The notes under the pieces are model-generated. The model was not told the origin of the DNA. It saw only the letters and a list, made by a program, of their open reading frames with translations, and did no database searches. Source: Octopus vulgaris (Eukaryota). From it: DNA of 64,000 nucleotides. This document shows, one piece after another, positions 36,350-49,956 of the stretch. The first letter of the stretch is position 1. Each line of letters begins with the position of its first letter. Location: NCBI GenBank assembly GCA_951406725.2, contig OX597832.1:71728224-71792223 (forward strand), written 5' to 3'. Both the position numbers and the translations under genes were made by a program.

Positions 36350-38350
36350 TACATTTGTCCATCCCCACCAAGGTGCTGGCAAAAAGTTTGACGGCTGTTG
36401 TAGAGAAACTTGTCGGGAAGGCACAGACATGTGCAATCCCAGGCAGGTCTATCCAGGATAATCTTCACCTTCGCTACACCTTAGATAGGGTTGGGAAATT
36501 AGTTGGCAGAAGAGGGGCTTGGTCCATTTAGACCAAAGTAAAGCATTCGATAGGGTAGACCATCGGTACCTGGGGGCGGTCCTTGAAGCAGCTGGGCTGG
36601 GCCATGGCTTTCGCGGGTGGATCTCTGCCATGTACAGCGGTATCAAGTCCACAGTCCAGATAAACGGCTACCTAACAGAGCCGTTTTCAATCAAGCGTGT
36701 CCCTTGTCTCCGCTTCTATACGTTTTGGCTCTTGAACCATTACTGCGGAAGTTGGAGAAGTTAGGAGGCAACCCAAATGAAATTGAATGCGGTAGATCTG
36801 TTTCAGCTTATGCGGATGACGTCACCCTCATCGTGTCCAACGAAGCACAGCTACCTCGTGTATAAGATGCTCTCCGAAGATACGAAGCGGTGGCAGGGGC
36901 AAAAGTTAACAAGGACAAGTCTATCGGTTTGCGCCTCAGCACCTGGAGGAACAAGCCGATATCGTCCAGTGTCGTTGGACAGACAGTCCTGTTAAGTTGC
37001 TTGGAGTTTGGTTTGGTCCGGACTCCCAGACGGAGAAGAATTGGAGTGAGGTAGTGGACAAGGTGGAGGCCATAGTACGGAAGTGGTCCGGATGGCCTCT
37101 GTCCTTGAAGGGCAGGGCGCATCTGTAATCACCTACTGCCTGTCCGTTGTGCCTTGCCCCGATTTTTGGCTAAACAAGCTGGTACAACTCCTATTCCGCT
37201 TTTTGTGGAAAGGGGGAAAGCCACTTGTGAGGCGCTCCGTGTGCTGCCAGCAACAGGTAAAGGGTGAATTGGGGATGCCCTGGCTAATGATGCGCAGACA
37301 TGCATTGAGGCTGAGACATCTCTGATGTCACCTAGAGGGTGATAAAGCATAGAGTCCGTTGGCGGAGGAGTTCTTGCCGCGACCAGCCTCTTTGGAGAGA
37401 TTTAAACCCAGTTTCATTAAAAGACATAACCTGACTGATCCACAAGACGGGCAAGGCTGGCTGCGGGAATATCACCTCGGTGTTCTATAGAGGGCTGGTA
37501 GAGGTTAAAAACGATGACGTCCTAGGAGGGCCCTGGGGTTCGATGAGAACCAGCTTGCCAACCTGTTCAAAAATCTTTCAGGCCGGGCTACTTGGATAAC
37601 TTCTAAAAATCCCTGACCTGGCAGTGCAACTGGAATGCATTACCTGTTTGTGATAAGTTATCCAGGCGATAAGTCAGTGCCACCGACATGTCCAAGATGT
37701 GGGCTGGACGTTGAAACTGTTCAGTACACTTTTGTAACATGTCGGGAGCTATCTAGCTTGATAAGTTACGTAGAACATGTGTTGTCGCATCTGGGACGAG
37801 TACAGCTGTCGGCTGGATCTATAATAAAGATGATACTGCCAACTGGACTCACAAAGGAAGGTAAAGAGTGTGTATGGAGGACTCGAATGGAAGGTATTGT
37901 GACAGGGTCCTTCGTCTCTGGCCCTGGTTTGCTATATTACTTCAGATATCATATGAAGAGCAAGATGGAGTTGGAGAGGAAGACCCTGCCACCAAGTGAA
38001 TATGGAAAACGATGGAAGGAAGTGATGAGAAAGGTGGGTGTTAGTAACCCAGCTTAATCATCGAAGAAAGGAAAAATTAGTTGCTGGGCCTTATAGGCTG
38101 TCAGATTCAAATCTTGAACCTGCATTTTTCCCTTTTTCTTTTTAGTTCTCTAGTTTTATTTTAAAAAAAACACAAAAGTTCTCGTTGTAAAGGCATAAGT
38201 AAGCCAATTATTTGTTTAAAGGCAAAAGGAAGCCAAGGTTTCGTTTATGTCATATTATAATTAAATTTTTTAAAGTCTCATTCAAACTCATGTAACATTT
38301 TTGTTATGTCCCTTTCTATGTTAGATCTCATGATCATAATAAAGATTTTA
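36350..38350 (+). mobile_element. 5'-truncated Tx1/L1-clade LINE
   Basis: IPGRSIQDN, LDQSKAFDRVDH, CPLSPLLY, YADDVT, FLWKG, CPRC..ETVQY..VTC; AATAAA near 38337. Confidence 0.92.
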
Positions 38351-38432
38351 TCTAAGACCAGTGATTGTCATGCGCTGATAACGGGTAAATACTCAGAAAT
38401 CCGGGTCCATGCGTATCACGTTAGGATGGCTT

Positions 38433-39134
38433 GGATCTTTTCACTTTGACCAGCAGATTTTTTAAATAATTTCTATGTAACTAAACACTTTTAAACTTCA
38501 TATACTGGTAGAATTATAAAACATCTTTTTCTCTTGGCTTTCTTGAGAAAATTCTGTAGTTTGTAAGATATTTTCTTCAATTTTGGTAATTTCAACCAAT
38601 CAATGACGTCTGTTGAGGTGAAAACATTATCTGCCATAAAATTTTCTGGCGGTGAAATATGAAAATGTCCCTCGTTTAAGAAACAGATTGGGTTTATTTA
38701 CATTTCTGAAGAAAAAAAGATACCCTTCCCTCCACCCCTAACCCTAAAACAGATTGATCGATACTAGTGTCATAATTATGGGTGGACACTAAAGAGGAAA
38801 CGGTTTTGTTATCCAGCTCTGTTTACGAGTGATCCCCCAGTTTATGGCCACAGGGTATCTTTTTTCTCATAAATAACAGTGACACATTAATATGATACCG
38901 CCAGAAAATGTTGTTGACAAAATACGGCAGATATTGTATTCACCTCAATAGACGTCATTGATTGGTTGAAATTGCCGAAATTAAACAACAAATAGCATAC
39001 TAACTACAGAATTTTCTCAAGAAAGCCAAGAGAAAAAGATGTTTTATGTAACACACTACCAGTATACGAAGTTTAAAAGTGTTTAGTTACAAAGAAATTA
39101 TCTTAAAAATCTGCCGGTCAAAGTGAAAAGATCC
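38433..39134. mobile_element. Non-autonomous TIR DNA transposon, ~200-bp TIRs, 8-bp TSD
   Basis: GGATCTTTTCACTTTGACC...GGTCAAAGTGAAAAGATCC flanked by GATGGCTT on both sides. Confidence 0.93.
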
Positions 39135-39533
39135 GATGGCTTCACTTTGCAAGTACCGATAGAACACAGAAAGTGTGTCAATAGCCAGTTGGAGATGTTC
39201 TCCTGGGGCTACAAGCTACAGTAACATCCACTCTTAGTGGTTAGCCACATTTAGATGGCAAATATACTTCACATTATTTATTATACAAGGGTTAAACATT
39301 TTATTTCTAAGAAAAATCGGGACCCCTAAAAACACACCATAATCTTTTATGGGCTCACACCATCTTAAATGGGTGTTTCTGTCTAGGTTAAAACTTACTG
39401 ATCTGGAATACCTTTGTCATTTTGCCTTGTTATTGCTAAAGTCTGTTTAATTGATGATTTCAGATTCTATCTCTTTGTATAACTAGCCGCATTAATAGCT
39501 TTCACTTTTGCTGGATATTTACCACCAGATGAA

Positions 39534-39857
39534 TAGGGTGGTTCAAAAGTCTTCTCACCTCCTACCGAAAAGTACTAAGAACAATATAATCATCCACTTC
39601 CATTGAAACTGTTAGTCACACATCAAGGTTTGTATGAACACCAACAGCTTCGTAAAAGATCACACAGTACATGGCACCGCATCATTTTGTGTCACAATAA
39701 TGATGGTGCTCATACTGACTTTCTTGATGTGTGATAGTATCAGTGTCAATGAAAGTGAATATACTAAAACCAGTACATGTATTTCATATAATTATATTGT
39801 TTCTCTATTGTTCTTAGTACTTTTTGGTAGGGGTGACAAGATTTTTGAACCACCCTA
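39534..39857. mobile_element. Tc1/mariner-type MITE
   Basis: TIRs tagggtggttcaaaa...aaaagtactaagaacaata and tattgttcttagtactttt...ttttgaaccacccta. Confidence 0.8.
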
Positions 39858-39989
39858 TTATGAGGTTTGCTCAAAATGAAAAAAACCCAATTACGTTAGT
39901 ACAAACTATGGTTAATGTTGACATTATTACCTGGAAACGAAATTTAAAGATAGTGTAACGGGTGTAAAAAAAAAGGGCGATGTTTCGCA

Positions 39990-40625
39990 TGTCGTAGCAC
40001 AAGTTTTCCGTCGATTTCCGTAAAAAACTTTTATTTTTTTACATAAGTAATGAGAGCGAAAGAGACTAAGAGAAAGCGATTTTATGACGAGGAAGTTTCT
40101 CTTTGAAGTTACCGTCTAGGGGAAGCATCGATGTACATGTGTGTGTGTGTGTTTGATGGGGTGTGGGAGACAGACAGTATGTTGTGTAAGTGAAGTGCAG
40201 AGAGAGATAACTGATTTTTACTCGGTGTGTGTGTATATGTATATGTATGTATGTGTGTGTGTGTGTATGTATGTATGGCCGATTCATCGTAATTACAATG
40301 AATCGGCCATACATACATACACACACACACATAGATACACACACACCGAGTAAAAAATCAGTTATCTCTCTCTTTCACACATTACTCTCTCTGTCTCTTC
40401 ACACACACTAACAGAAGCACTTCACTTACACAACATACTGTCTGTCTCCCACACCCCATCAAACACACACACACACATGTACATCAATGCTTCCCCTAGA
40501 CGGTAACTTCAAAGAGAAACTTCCTCGTCATAAAATCGCTTCCTCTTAGTCTCTTTCGCTCTCATTACTTATGTAAAAAAATAAAAGTTTTTTACGGAAA
40601 TCGACGGAAAACTTGTGCTACGACA
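39990..40625. repeat. ~636-bp foldback palindrome with no spacer (centre gtaa|ttac at 40292/40293)
   Basis: Arms nearly identical; the right arm carries an extra ~45-bp segment. Confidence 0.95.
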
Positions 40626-41582
40626 ACCGAAACTTTGCCAAAAAAAGGTGTAGGAAACGAATACGAAAACAAAAATGCCCGGAAAGCAAGGCCTTCGGAA
40701 AATTCACATGATCCGATGTTTTTCCCTCGTAACTTTGAGGAAAATCGTTATCTTTCTACTTCACACTCACAGAAATGTGCGGAAAGCAACGGGGTGAGGA
40801 GGACTTCGGAAAATTCACAAGATCTGAGTTTTTCCCTCGTACCTTTGAGGAAAATATAATCCTTTTGAAATCACAAATTAGGCCTTTCCTCAGGAACTTG
40901 GATAACATCCCTTTGAAGGGTTCGGGTCCTTACTTCTTCTATATGTATATAGATACATATGGGCTCGTATAGATTACGATTATAAGGAAATTTGTGGGGA
41001 AAATTTTTTCCGTTTGAACTTTTTTTTAATTACATGTGTGCGTGTGAGAGAGTGAGTGTAGAAATCTACGGATGCACAAACGCACAAAATGAAACAAATA
41101 TGGACGACTTGTTCAGAAACACTGCGAGTGGGGAACGGTTCTCAAAAATAACCCCCAATTGTTTTCCCCGAAAATTCTTATATCCTCGGAATCTATATAG
41201 TCCAAGGTATATTTGTAGAGAATTTCATTTAAAAATATCCATTTTCTTTAAAGTTAAGACGAATTGAAATGGACTCCAAAATTTTATATATTCGGAATCT
41301 ACATGATATAACACATATTAGTAGAAAATTTCATTAAAAAATATTCATTTTTCTGAAAGTTATGATCATCCAAAGTCGGTGTTGCGTGGGGGCAGAAATC
41401 TGTAGTTATACATTGGTTTTAAATTTTGGCACAAGACCAGCAATTTCGGGGACTGGATAAGTCGGTTACATGGACTCCAGTACCCAATTGGTTCTTATTT
41501 TGATTGACCCCGAAAGTTCTGCTAATTTTAAATCTCGTTTAACACAAGATTACCCAATCAGGGGAAGTAACAACTCATCAAA

Positions 41583-41739
41583 ATGGCGGAAGATATGGAT
41601 GTGGAAAACTGTCGTGAAGTAGATAAAGATGGACCTAAACCTGAAAGAATGTTCACCCTCAAGAAATGGAATTTAGTCGCAATGTGGAGTTGGGATGTTG
41701 AATGCGATACATGTGCTATTTGTCGTGTTCAAGTAATGG
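41583..41739 (+). CDS. RNF7: RING-box protein 2 (RBX2/SAG) coding exon 1
   Basis: MAEDMDVENCREVDKDGPKPERMFTLKKWNLVAMWSWDVECDTCAICRVQVM, then G|gtaaat phase-1 donor; WSWDVECDTCAICRVQVM distinguishes RBX2 from RBX1; CpG-richer flanks. Confidence 0.95.
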
Positions 41740-44314
41740 GTAAATGATTATTATTTTCAGACTTATTTTTATCAGAAGCCTTACGGCGTACTTTCGAGAT
41801 GGGAAATGTATAATGGTCAAGGGTTACATGAAATACCGAAACGAAAAGCAAGTAACGTTTACTTTTGTTTTATACATTCCCATTTCTCCGAATATACACC
41901 GTAATATCAAATTTATCTAATATTATTTACTACGAATTCTTTTTTTTTCCTATTTTCGAATCGGATTGAAACAAAATTTTTATATGTATAATGGAAAATT
42001 GAATCGAAACAAGTTTATGCTGCTACAAAGAGAAAAGAAAAAAAAGCTTCGCTTCTGTTTCTAATTCCATGTTTAAAATTGTAATTCCATTCCAATCCGA
42101 TGCGATGTCAGAATACTTTTTTGTGCTCAGTTAGCGAAATTTTAATAGCAACCAAAAGCGGGCAACGCTGCTTGAATAGAGATTGAATAGAGATACTAAA
42201 CTGGATGCATTGTAATAAGCTACAAAGAGAGCAAGGGAAAGTTTGAAGGTAGTGACAGATTAATTTTTTAGGCCGTGGAGCATGTATTATTTATATACTA
42301 TTTTCAGGTTTCTATGCAACAACTCTAGGGCAATACATGCTTGATTAGTTGTGAAATATATATACATTTCAAAATTGATCATCTCCATCAATAAAATGTT
42401 GCTCATTAATTTAACAAAGTTTTCTACTAATTTTTGCAGAACTCATTAGCCAGTCAGTCAGTAGCATTGTCAATAGGAGTATGATGACTGTAATAAAGCA
42501 CAACCAGTCATGATTGATGTATTATGTGGTTGTCAAACTCTTGCATAACATTCCTTTAATAAAAAAACAATTTTGATAATAGCGATTTGTTGATTTTGCA
42601 AACAACGTAAAATTATCACCAAAACTGACAAATTTGGGAATTAATTTTTGTGATGTTGAGTCATATGTTATTGTGTAATCATCCGAAGAATTGTCAGTAA
42701 ATATAGTTTGTATAAACAGAATAACAAATTTATTCCTTTGTGTTACTCATCTTTATTGCAAAAGTTTAAAGAAAAATATACACCATGTTCCAAAATTAAC
42801 TGAATAATTCTATTACAGAAAATTGTATGTTACATGTGTTGTTGTTCTTTGATTCCAAGTCAACCTGAGTTGTGCAGGCTTATGATCAAAAGAGTTTGTC
42901 ACTATGGTGGTTGTGGTATAAACAATGATAGTGTAGTTTAGCATCTCATTTCTTTGTCAGTCAGCTATTTTACTTTCTCTAAATGAAACTTTGCTAAAAA
43001 ATGGGTACTTCTTGAGGCTATTATATCCCCAACTTTTTCTCTCTGTTGACTCTAGATGTGTAATGCTTTGTTGGCCATAACCAGGGTGTGAAAGCATGTG
43101 GCCAAATTTTTAGGGTATGTGGCTCATTGTAAGGTGGTGAGTTTAATACCCAGTGGCATGTTGTGTCCTTGAGCACTCACATTGTTCCAGTCAACTCATC
43201 TGGCAGCAAAAATGAGTTGTACCTGTATTTCAAAGGGGGCCAGCCTTGTTGAGCAGGTTGTTCCAGTGATTGTTGTAACTGATGGAGGAGTGACAGTCGT
43301 AACTACAGAAATTTGTTCTGTGGAAAATGTTTGTGGCTAAGACAGTAAGTCATGTTGAATGTCAATGTTTTTCAGTGAAAAATCAATCTTTTATGTACTT
43401 TTCTGTTAGTCTCCAATATCACTGATTTTCCTTTGACTTTGGTGACTGTCTCTTGTTTGATTGGATGGAAGAAGCCATTGATTTCATGTTGCAGTTCTTC
43501 CAAAAGGATGTAAAACTGCTGGTACTAACTTCTACTTCAAGCAAGTCTCACTTCACTTTATCAGGCATGACTTCTGAAAAATCACAGCCTCAGACTTTGC
43601 TAGGGTAAAAGTCCTTCAGATATTAATTTTCCAAGTTGCGGTCATAACACTGATACATCACTGTCATTGCCATCATAACCCCTAACAAAACTGCAAGTTA
43701 CAACAACATTACCATCATTAGTTTCACCTCATTACTATCACAATATCCATCACCATCACCACTTTGCAAGGGTGACATTTTTTGGGTGGGATATTTTAGG
43801 TGATGAACCTTGAGTTAGTAACATAATTTTTCAAATAGGTTCATGTTTAAGTCAGAGTACATGACACATTTCACTGATACATGACCACTATGACTATTTA
43901 ATCCCCACAACCACCACCAGCACTAACAACAACATTGCCATCACTACCTAACATTGGTGGAATTACTATTACCACAACCAACATCAGAACTACCATTACA
44001 ACCACCAATCAAGGGAACTTCTACACAGTTACTAGATCTTGGAGAAATACCAATAAAATCTTAAGGATATATTAGAATGTAAGGCCCTGTTATACAGGAA
44101 AATGAGATGATCATGATAGGGACTCTTTTGATCAAAGGTTTCCACAATCAGGTTTGGCTTAAGCTAAATAACAACTATAATATATAGACAATATTTTGTA
44201 ACATAATTTATATAACTGTTCTAGCCCCAGTTAATCTTTGAACATGGTGTATATTATTCTTATTATTTTCTTCAAACTTTTACAATAAATATTTTTAACA
44301 CAAAGGAATAGATT

Positions 44315-44500
44315 TATAGTTGTGGCTGTAGGATTGAGATGTTTGTTTTCTAACCCTGTGATCATGGATTCAGTCCCGTTGCTTGGCACCTTCTTTTATA
44401 CCCCCAGGCTGACTAAAGCTTTGTGAGTGGATTCGGTAGATGGGACTGTAAGAAGCCCATCACGTGTGTGCATCTTTTTTCTTCCTACAACTGGTGTTGG
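44315..44500 (+). mobile_element. Decayed tRNA-derived SINE 5' part
   Basis: B-box-like ggattcagtccc; body similar to the reverse complement of 56455-56555. Confidence 0.6.
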
Positions 44501-44989
44501 CTTTCTCCAGACAGCATGTTGGTTTTCAATCACATAATGCAGCAATTGGTCAATTGCTTCATACTCTTGAGATGTTGTTGATTGGCTAGACATGACGACT
44601 TCTATGAAAATGTAGAAAGCAAGAAATAATAGAAAATTTTTGTGTTTTATAGATTAATATGCAATTTTTATTGATGGGGTAATCAGCTTTGAGTTTTATA
44701 TATATTTCACAAATAATAAGGTGCAAATGAAATTGTCCTCAACATTGTTGCACAAGCAATAAAGTTAGAGGTACAGGATGTTCAGGCTATAAATATGACA
44801 GTTTGCATTAAAGGAAAAGAAAACTGTTATCTCCCAGCCATGAGGCTGGGAGATAACAGTTTACTTAAAGTAATTGCCCTTAGCTTTCATCATGTCCTCA
44901 AGATGGCTCTGGAACAGGGCACATGCATTCCATTTCCAAACACTTCCTTGTTCTTGGCCTTGGTATTGCAGGCAGAATAGTTGGTGTCT

Positions 44990-45660
44990 TTCTCAACCGT
45001 ATCCAATACATAGTAAGTGTAATCCATGGAATTACAATTGAGGGAATTAGGAAGCTAGAAATTGGGTCTGGTGAGGTTGTAGAAATTCTTTGACAACCAC
45101 TTCTGACTCTTTTTGGAGGTATGGCAAAGAGTTAAATCTTGCTGCACATATGGTCTTCCTGTGCAATCCTCTTCAGTCAGAGTTTGACCACAGTCTCCAG
45201 CAGCTTTACATTATCTGAATTGAGCCTAAGGCTCTGTTCAAAGATGTGCAGCAGCATGACGTCATCCTCACTGGAGACACACCCATCACAGTTTGGGGGA
45301 ACTTGGTTTTCATGATATGTGGGACACCACATGGATTGTATGCAAGCTGTTGTTCTGGGTGTTGTGCAACTAGTCGTGGCAGAAGTTCTTTTCATCTAAG
45401 AAGAACCAGATCATCCCTGACTCAACAGGGTGCCTCAGCTTGTTTGGGAGATACTTTGCTTTTGTCAAGCAGTTTTCCGTGGCCTTGGCTGTCAGAATTT
45501 GTCCATTGCATCTCTTGTATGGGTGGCTAAGGTCCTCATTCAAGGCCAGCTTTGTGGTTGCAACTCCAACACCCATCTCTCTCATCAAAGTCTGGATTCC
45601 CTTCCTCAGCTCTTCCATCACCTTGTTCTGCTGTTGTTGGATGAATTCTGCTGGGCCGAT
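44990..45660 (-). mobile_element. Decayed Tc1/mariner-superfamily transposase (related to 10455-11430)
   Basis: KLRHPVESGMIWFFLDEKNF and degenerate PNSPQL motifs on the minus strand. Confidence 0.75.
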
Positions 45661-47165
45661 GCAATCAAAAAGCCTTTGACAGGATCCCCTACTTCCTTAT
45701 CTCATTGTCAATGTGGAAACTGGAGACAGATGAGTGGTTAGTGAAAGTGGTACTAGCCATGTACAGGGATGCTATCAGTAAGGTGAAGGTTGGCAATGAA
45801 TATAGCAATGAATTCAGTGTACAGGTAGGAGTTCACCAAGGCTCAGTTGTCAGCCCCGTTCTTTTTATCTTAGTCCTCCTGGCTTTAACAGAGGAATTCA
45901 AGACTGGCTGTCCCTGGGAGCTCCTCTATGCTGATGACCTTGTTCTTAGAGCTGAATCACTAGAGCAGAAATTTCAAATGTGGAAACAAGGCCGGGAATC
46001 TAAAGGCTCTAGAGTTAATTTAGCAAAAATCAAAGTCCTGGTAAGTAGGAAAGCAGACAAATCACAGATCCTTTCTGGAAGATGGCTCTGATTGATTGAT
46101 ATGTAAGAAGGGTGTTGGTAGAAACTCCATATGTTGTACTCTGTGCAAGCTTTGCATACATAAAAGGTGTAGCAGTATCATAGGAAGGTTAACAGAGAAT
46201 ACAGCCTTTGTGTGTGGCAAATGTACACGTACAATAAGCACTAAAAATGTGCAGATAATAGACTTCCTCAAATGCTCGAGGTGATCATTAAAAGTAGTAG
46301 ATAACTTCTGTTACCTAGGAGACCAAATTAGCAGAAGTGGAGGAAGTTCTGAAAGTGTAGTTGCTGGGATAAGAATGGGCTGGGGAAAGTTCAGAGAGCT
46401 TCTACCTTGATATCTAAGAGTTTCTCCCTCAGAATGCAAGGCAGATTGTATGATGCCTGTGCATGTACAACTATGTTACATGGCAGTGAAACATGGGTTT
46501 TGACTATAGAAGATTTGCAAAGGCTTGAAAGAAATGAAGCTAGCACGCTCAGCTGGATGGGTAATGCCAGTGCATGCAAGAGTGTAAATGATTTAAGAGG
46601 AAAACTGGGTATAAGGGGTATCAGATGTGTGTGCAAGAGAGAAGACTGCACTGGTTTGGTCAAGTGATGCATATGGATGAGGACAGCTGCATAAAGAAGT
46701 GCCAAGCTCTAATTGTGGAGGGTGCTTGTTGAAGGGGTAGACCCAAGAAGACATGGAATGAAGTGGTGGGAAAGGATCTTTAGATGATGGGCCTCATTGA
46801 AGAAATGACAAGGGACTGAGAGATGTAGTGATTTGCTGTAATTGATAAGATGTGTTAAGCTAAGTAAAATTGCTGTCTTTCACACATAAAGGCTTGTTCT
46901 TTCAGGTAATGGTGCCACTTAAAAAGCATCCATGCCACTGCTGTTTTAATGCACCTGTACTAGTGCTGCATAAACACACCTGTGCCAGTAGTATATAAAA
47001 AGCACCCAGCATACTCTGTCAAGTGGTTGGCTTTAGGAAGGGCATCCAGGCATAGAAACCATGCCGCAACAGGCAGTTGTAGTCTGGACTGCTTTCTGCT
47101 TGCCAGCACCATGTCAAACCATCCAGCCCATGCCAGCATGTAAAGTGAATATTAAATGAAATGAG
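45660..47165 (+). mobile_element. 5'-truncated RTE LINE
   Basis: GVHQGSVVSPVLF, LLYADDLVL, Cys-rich finger, HGSETW, and 3' UTR. Confidence 0.92.
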
Positions 47166-47169
47166 CGAT

Positions 47170-48010
47170 CATTATCATTTGATGTCCGTTTTTTTATGCT
47201 GACATAAGTTGGGCAGTTTGATTGGAGCTGGTAAGCCAAAGAACTGCACCAGACTCTGTTGTTTGCTTTGGCATAACTTCTATGACTGAATGCCCTTCTC
47301 AATGCTAACAACCACTTTACAGTGTAGTGGATGCTTTTTATATGGCACCAACTCCAGTGGGGTTGCCGAGTAACTTGCAAGACAAGAATCCCTTGGGTGT
47401 GAGAGGGAGGTGGATTTGTGCTGGTTGAGATGTATAATAGAAAGATAAAGATAATGTCTAACTATAGAGAAGCTACTTGGCTACCCCAGTAGGAAAGGAA
47501 AGAGGGAAAATAGAAAGAGAGACAGATAGAAGGAGAGAAGGAGAAATAGATGGTGTTGGAGATGTGTCAGGACATAACCACAAAGTACAGTGAGGGTAAA
47601 TATATATGATACAGAGAAAATAGAGGGAGATGTTTCATCAGAATGTGGGGAGAGATATTTAGAGATGAGGACAAGTTGACTGTAGCAAGTGATGGTGGGA
47701 GAGCTTTGATTTTACTTAGCTTCTCAAGCATAGCAAACTGCCCGTTGTTTCTGCCCCTCATCATCTCTGTGAAGCTCAACAGCTGAAGATCATTTCTCAC
47801 CACTTTGTTCCATGTCTTTCTGGGTGTATCTCTTCCACAGGATCCCTCCACAGTTAGTGATGCCACTTCTTTATGCAGCTGTCCTCATACACATCATATG
47901 ACCATACCAGCACAGTCATCTCTCTTGCGCACTACATTTGATGCCTCATATCTAATTTTTCTCTTAAAACATTTAATCTTTGTTGTACATGTACACTGAC
48001 ATTATCCATC
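47170..48010 (-). mobile_element. RTE 3' fragments in opposite orientation (47170-47385 UTR; 47700-48010 ORF end)
   Basis: GSCGRDTPRKTWNKVVRNDL; reverse complement of the RTE terminal UTR. Confidence 0.75.
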
Positions 48011-48059
48011 CATCATACAATCTGCTCTTCAAACTGTGGGAGAGGCCCTTCATTACCAA

Positions 48060-49640
48060 CAAAAAATAGCTCTCTGAACTTTGCCCAGCATTTCTTTCAT
48101 TATTTTGATGAATTTATTGCTTTCTGATTTTAGTTTTATGTATTGTAATGCGACTGACAGTTCATGTTACACAAAACATTTTTACTTTCATTTTCCACTC
48201 GCACAGCAGCAATCACAGTATCTTAAATGTTTCAGCATTTTTTGAAATCAGTCTTGATAAACAATCAGCATGTCCTAATTGCTTAGACTGTATAATTATA
48301 GTTTAATAATATAGTACTCCAGCGTTGCAATCTATTAGCAGTATGGGTAGGGATTCCTTTCATTGACCCATATATTGATGACAGACAATGATCAATCTGT
48401 AGTCAAAAACTTCTACCATCTAAAAATTATGAAATTTTTCTACAGTAAAAATAATCACTAGAGCCTCTTTTTCGATTTAGCTGTAATTTTTTTCTGCTGC
48501 TGATATCAGAGAACATGAGGCATGAAACACTGCCTTCATGTTACCATCTTTATATTTATGTAGCATTACAGCTCCAGTACCATACTCAGAGGCATCTGAA
48601 GCTACAACAATCTCCACTGCAGCATTGAAGTGTGCTAACAACAAATCAGATATTAATATTTTTTTAACAGACTATTTAGTGGAACTCTTACCTTACGCAT
48701 ATTTGGAATATAATTTTGGTAATAATTTGCCAGTCCCAAAAAGGCTTGTATGGTCACTATATTTGTTGGAGGGATCATATATTTAATTGACGGATTTGGT
48801 CGATGTCCGTTTCTGTCAATGATTTGTCCTAAATATTTTATTTTTGGTGAGAAAAATTCACACTTTTCTTCACTCAAAGCTGTAATCCCTAATTTTTTCA
48901 AACACATTTTACATGCTCTATGTGTTGGTTCCAGGATTTGCTTTTTATGAGTATATCATCCAGATATGGACATGCAAATTCACAGTCTACTAACATTGCA
49001 TCCATAATCTGTTGAAAAATCACTGATGCAACTTTTAAACCAATGGTAACCTATTGTATTTATACAGTCCTTTATGTGTGTTTATTGTTAGGTATTTAGA
49101 TCATTCATCGTCTACATTAATTTGTAGGTACGTGTCAGAGAGATCCAATTTAGAAAATATATTGCCACCATTTAATTTCGTGAACATGTCCTGAGTAGGT
49201 AGCTAATAGTGAAACATTTTAAGACATTCGTTTAAACCAGTGGAAAAATCAGCATACACTCTGATTTTATTATTCTTTTTCTTAATGTACACAATTAGTG
49301 ATGCCCGTTGAGTATAACTCCAATTTTTTCTAGTCTAAGTTTATCTGTTTTAATGCTGCGAAAGGTACCGTTCATTTTGGTTTAAATACCAGTATAGTAT
49401 TTTCTTTTACTTGAAACTTTGCTTTTGTTTTGGTGCACAAACCTAATTCATAAGATAGAACTTCAGGAAAGATCTTTTTTAATTCGTCTGACGTCTTATT
49501 TGTACTGGTGGAAAAACCATTCACATTTTTACAGAAAAGTTAATCAATTCCATTCAGTCTGTTCCAAATAAATTTGTTGTATCATTCAGCACAAAAACTT
49601 TGGCTTTTAAGGTTTTTCCATGAAATGTACCATTACTTAA
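48060..49640 (-). mobile_element. Old Gypsy RT-RNase H remnant (a different lineage)
   Basis: KCEFFSPKIKYLGQII, FLGLANYY, VASDASEYG, RLQRW motifs; many stops. Confidence 0.85.
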
Positions 49641-49916
49641 AATTTTAGCTTGATGTAACAGAGAATTCCTAAACACCCGCTCCTTTAAATTTTAATCCCC
49701 TTCCAGCCCCATTTAGACCCCTTTTCACATTTTGGTTAATATAACCCGATTTCATTCGGGTCTACTGGGGCCACATTTTATAAGATGAGTAATTTTGTCC
49801 TAGAGGTGACGCCTTTCATTTGAGGAAAAAGAATAGTTGTCATGCAAACTTGCCAGCACTTTTAACATAGGTGTGCATATTTTCAGCTGAATCGACCAAC
49901 TACGTAATGCACACAT

Positions 49917-49956
<40 letters not shown>

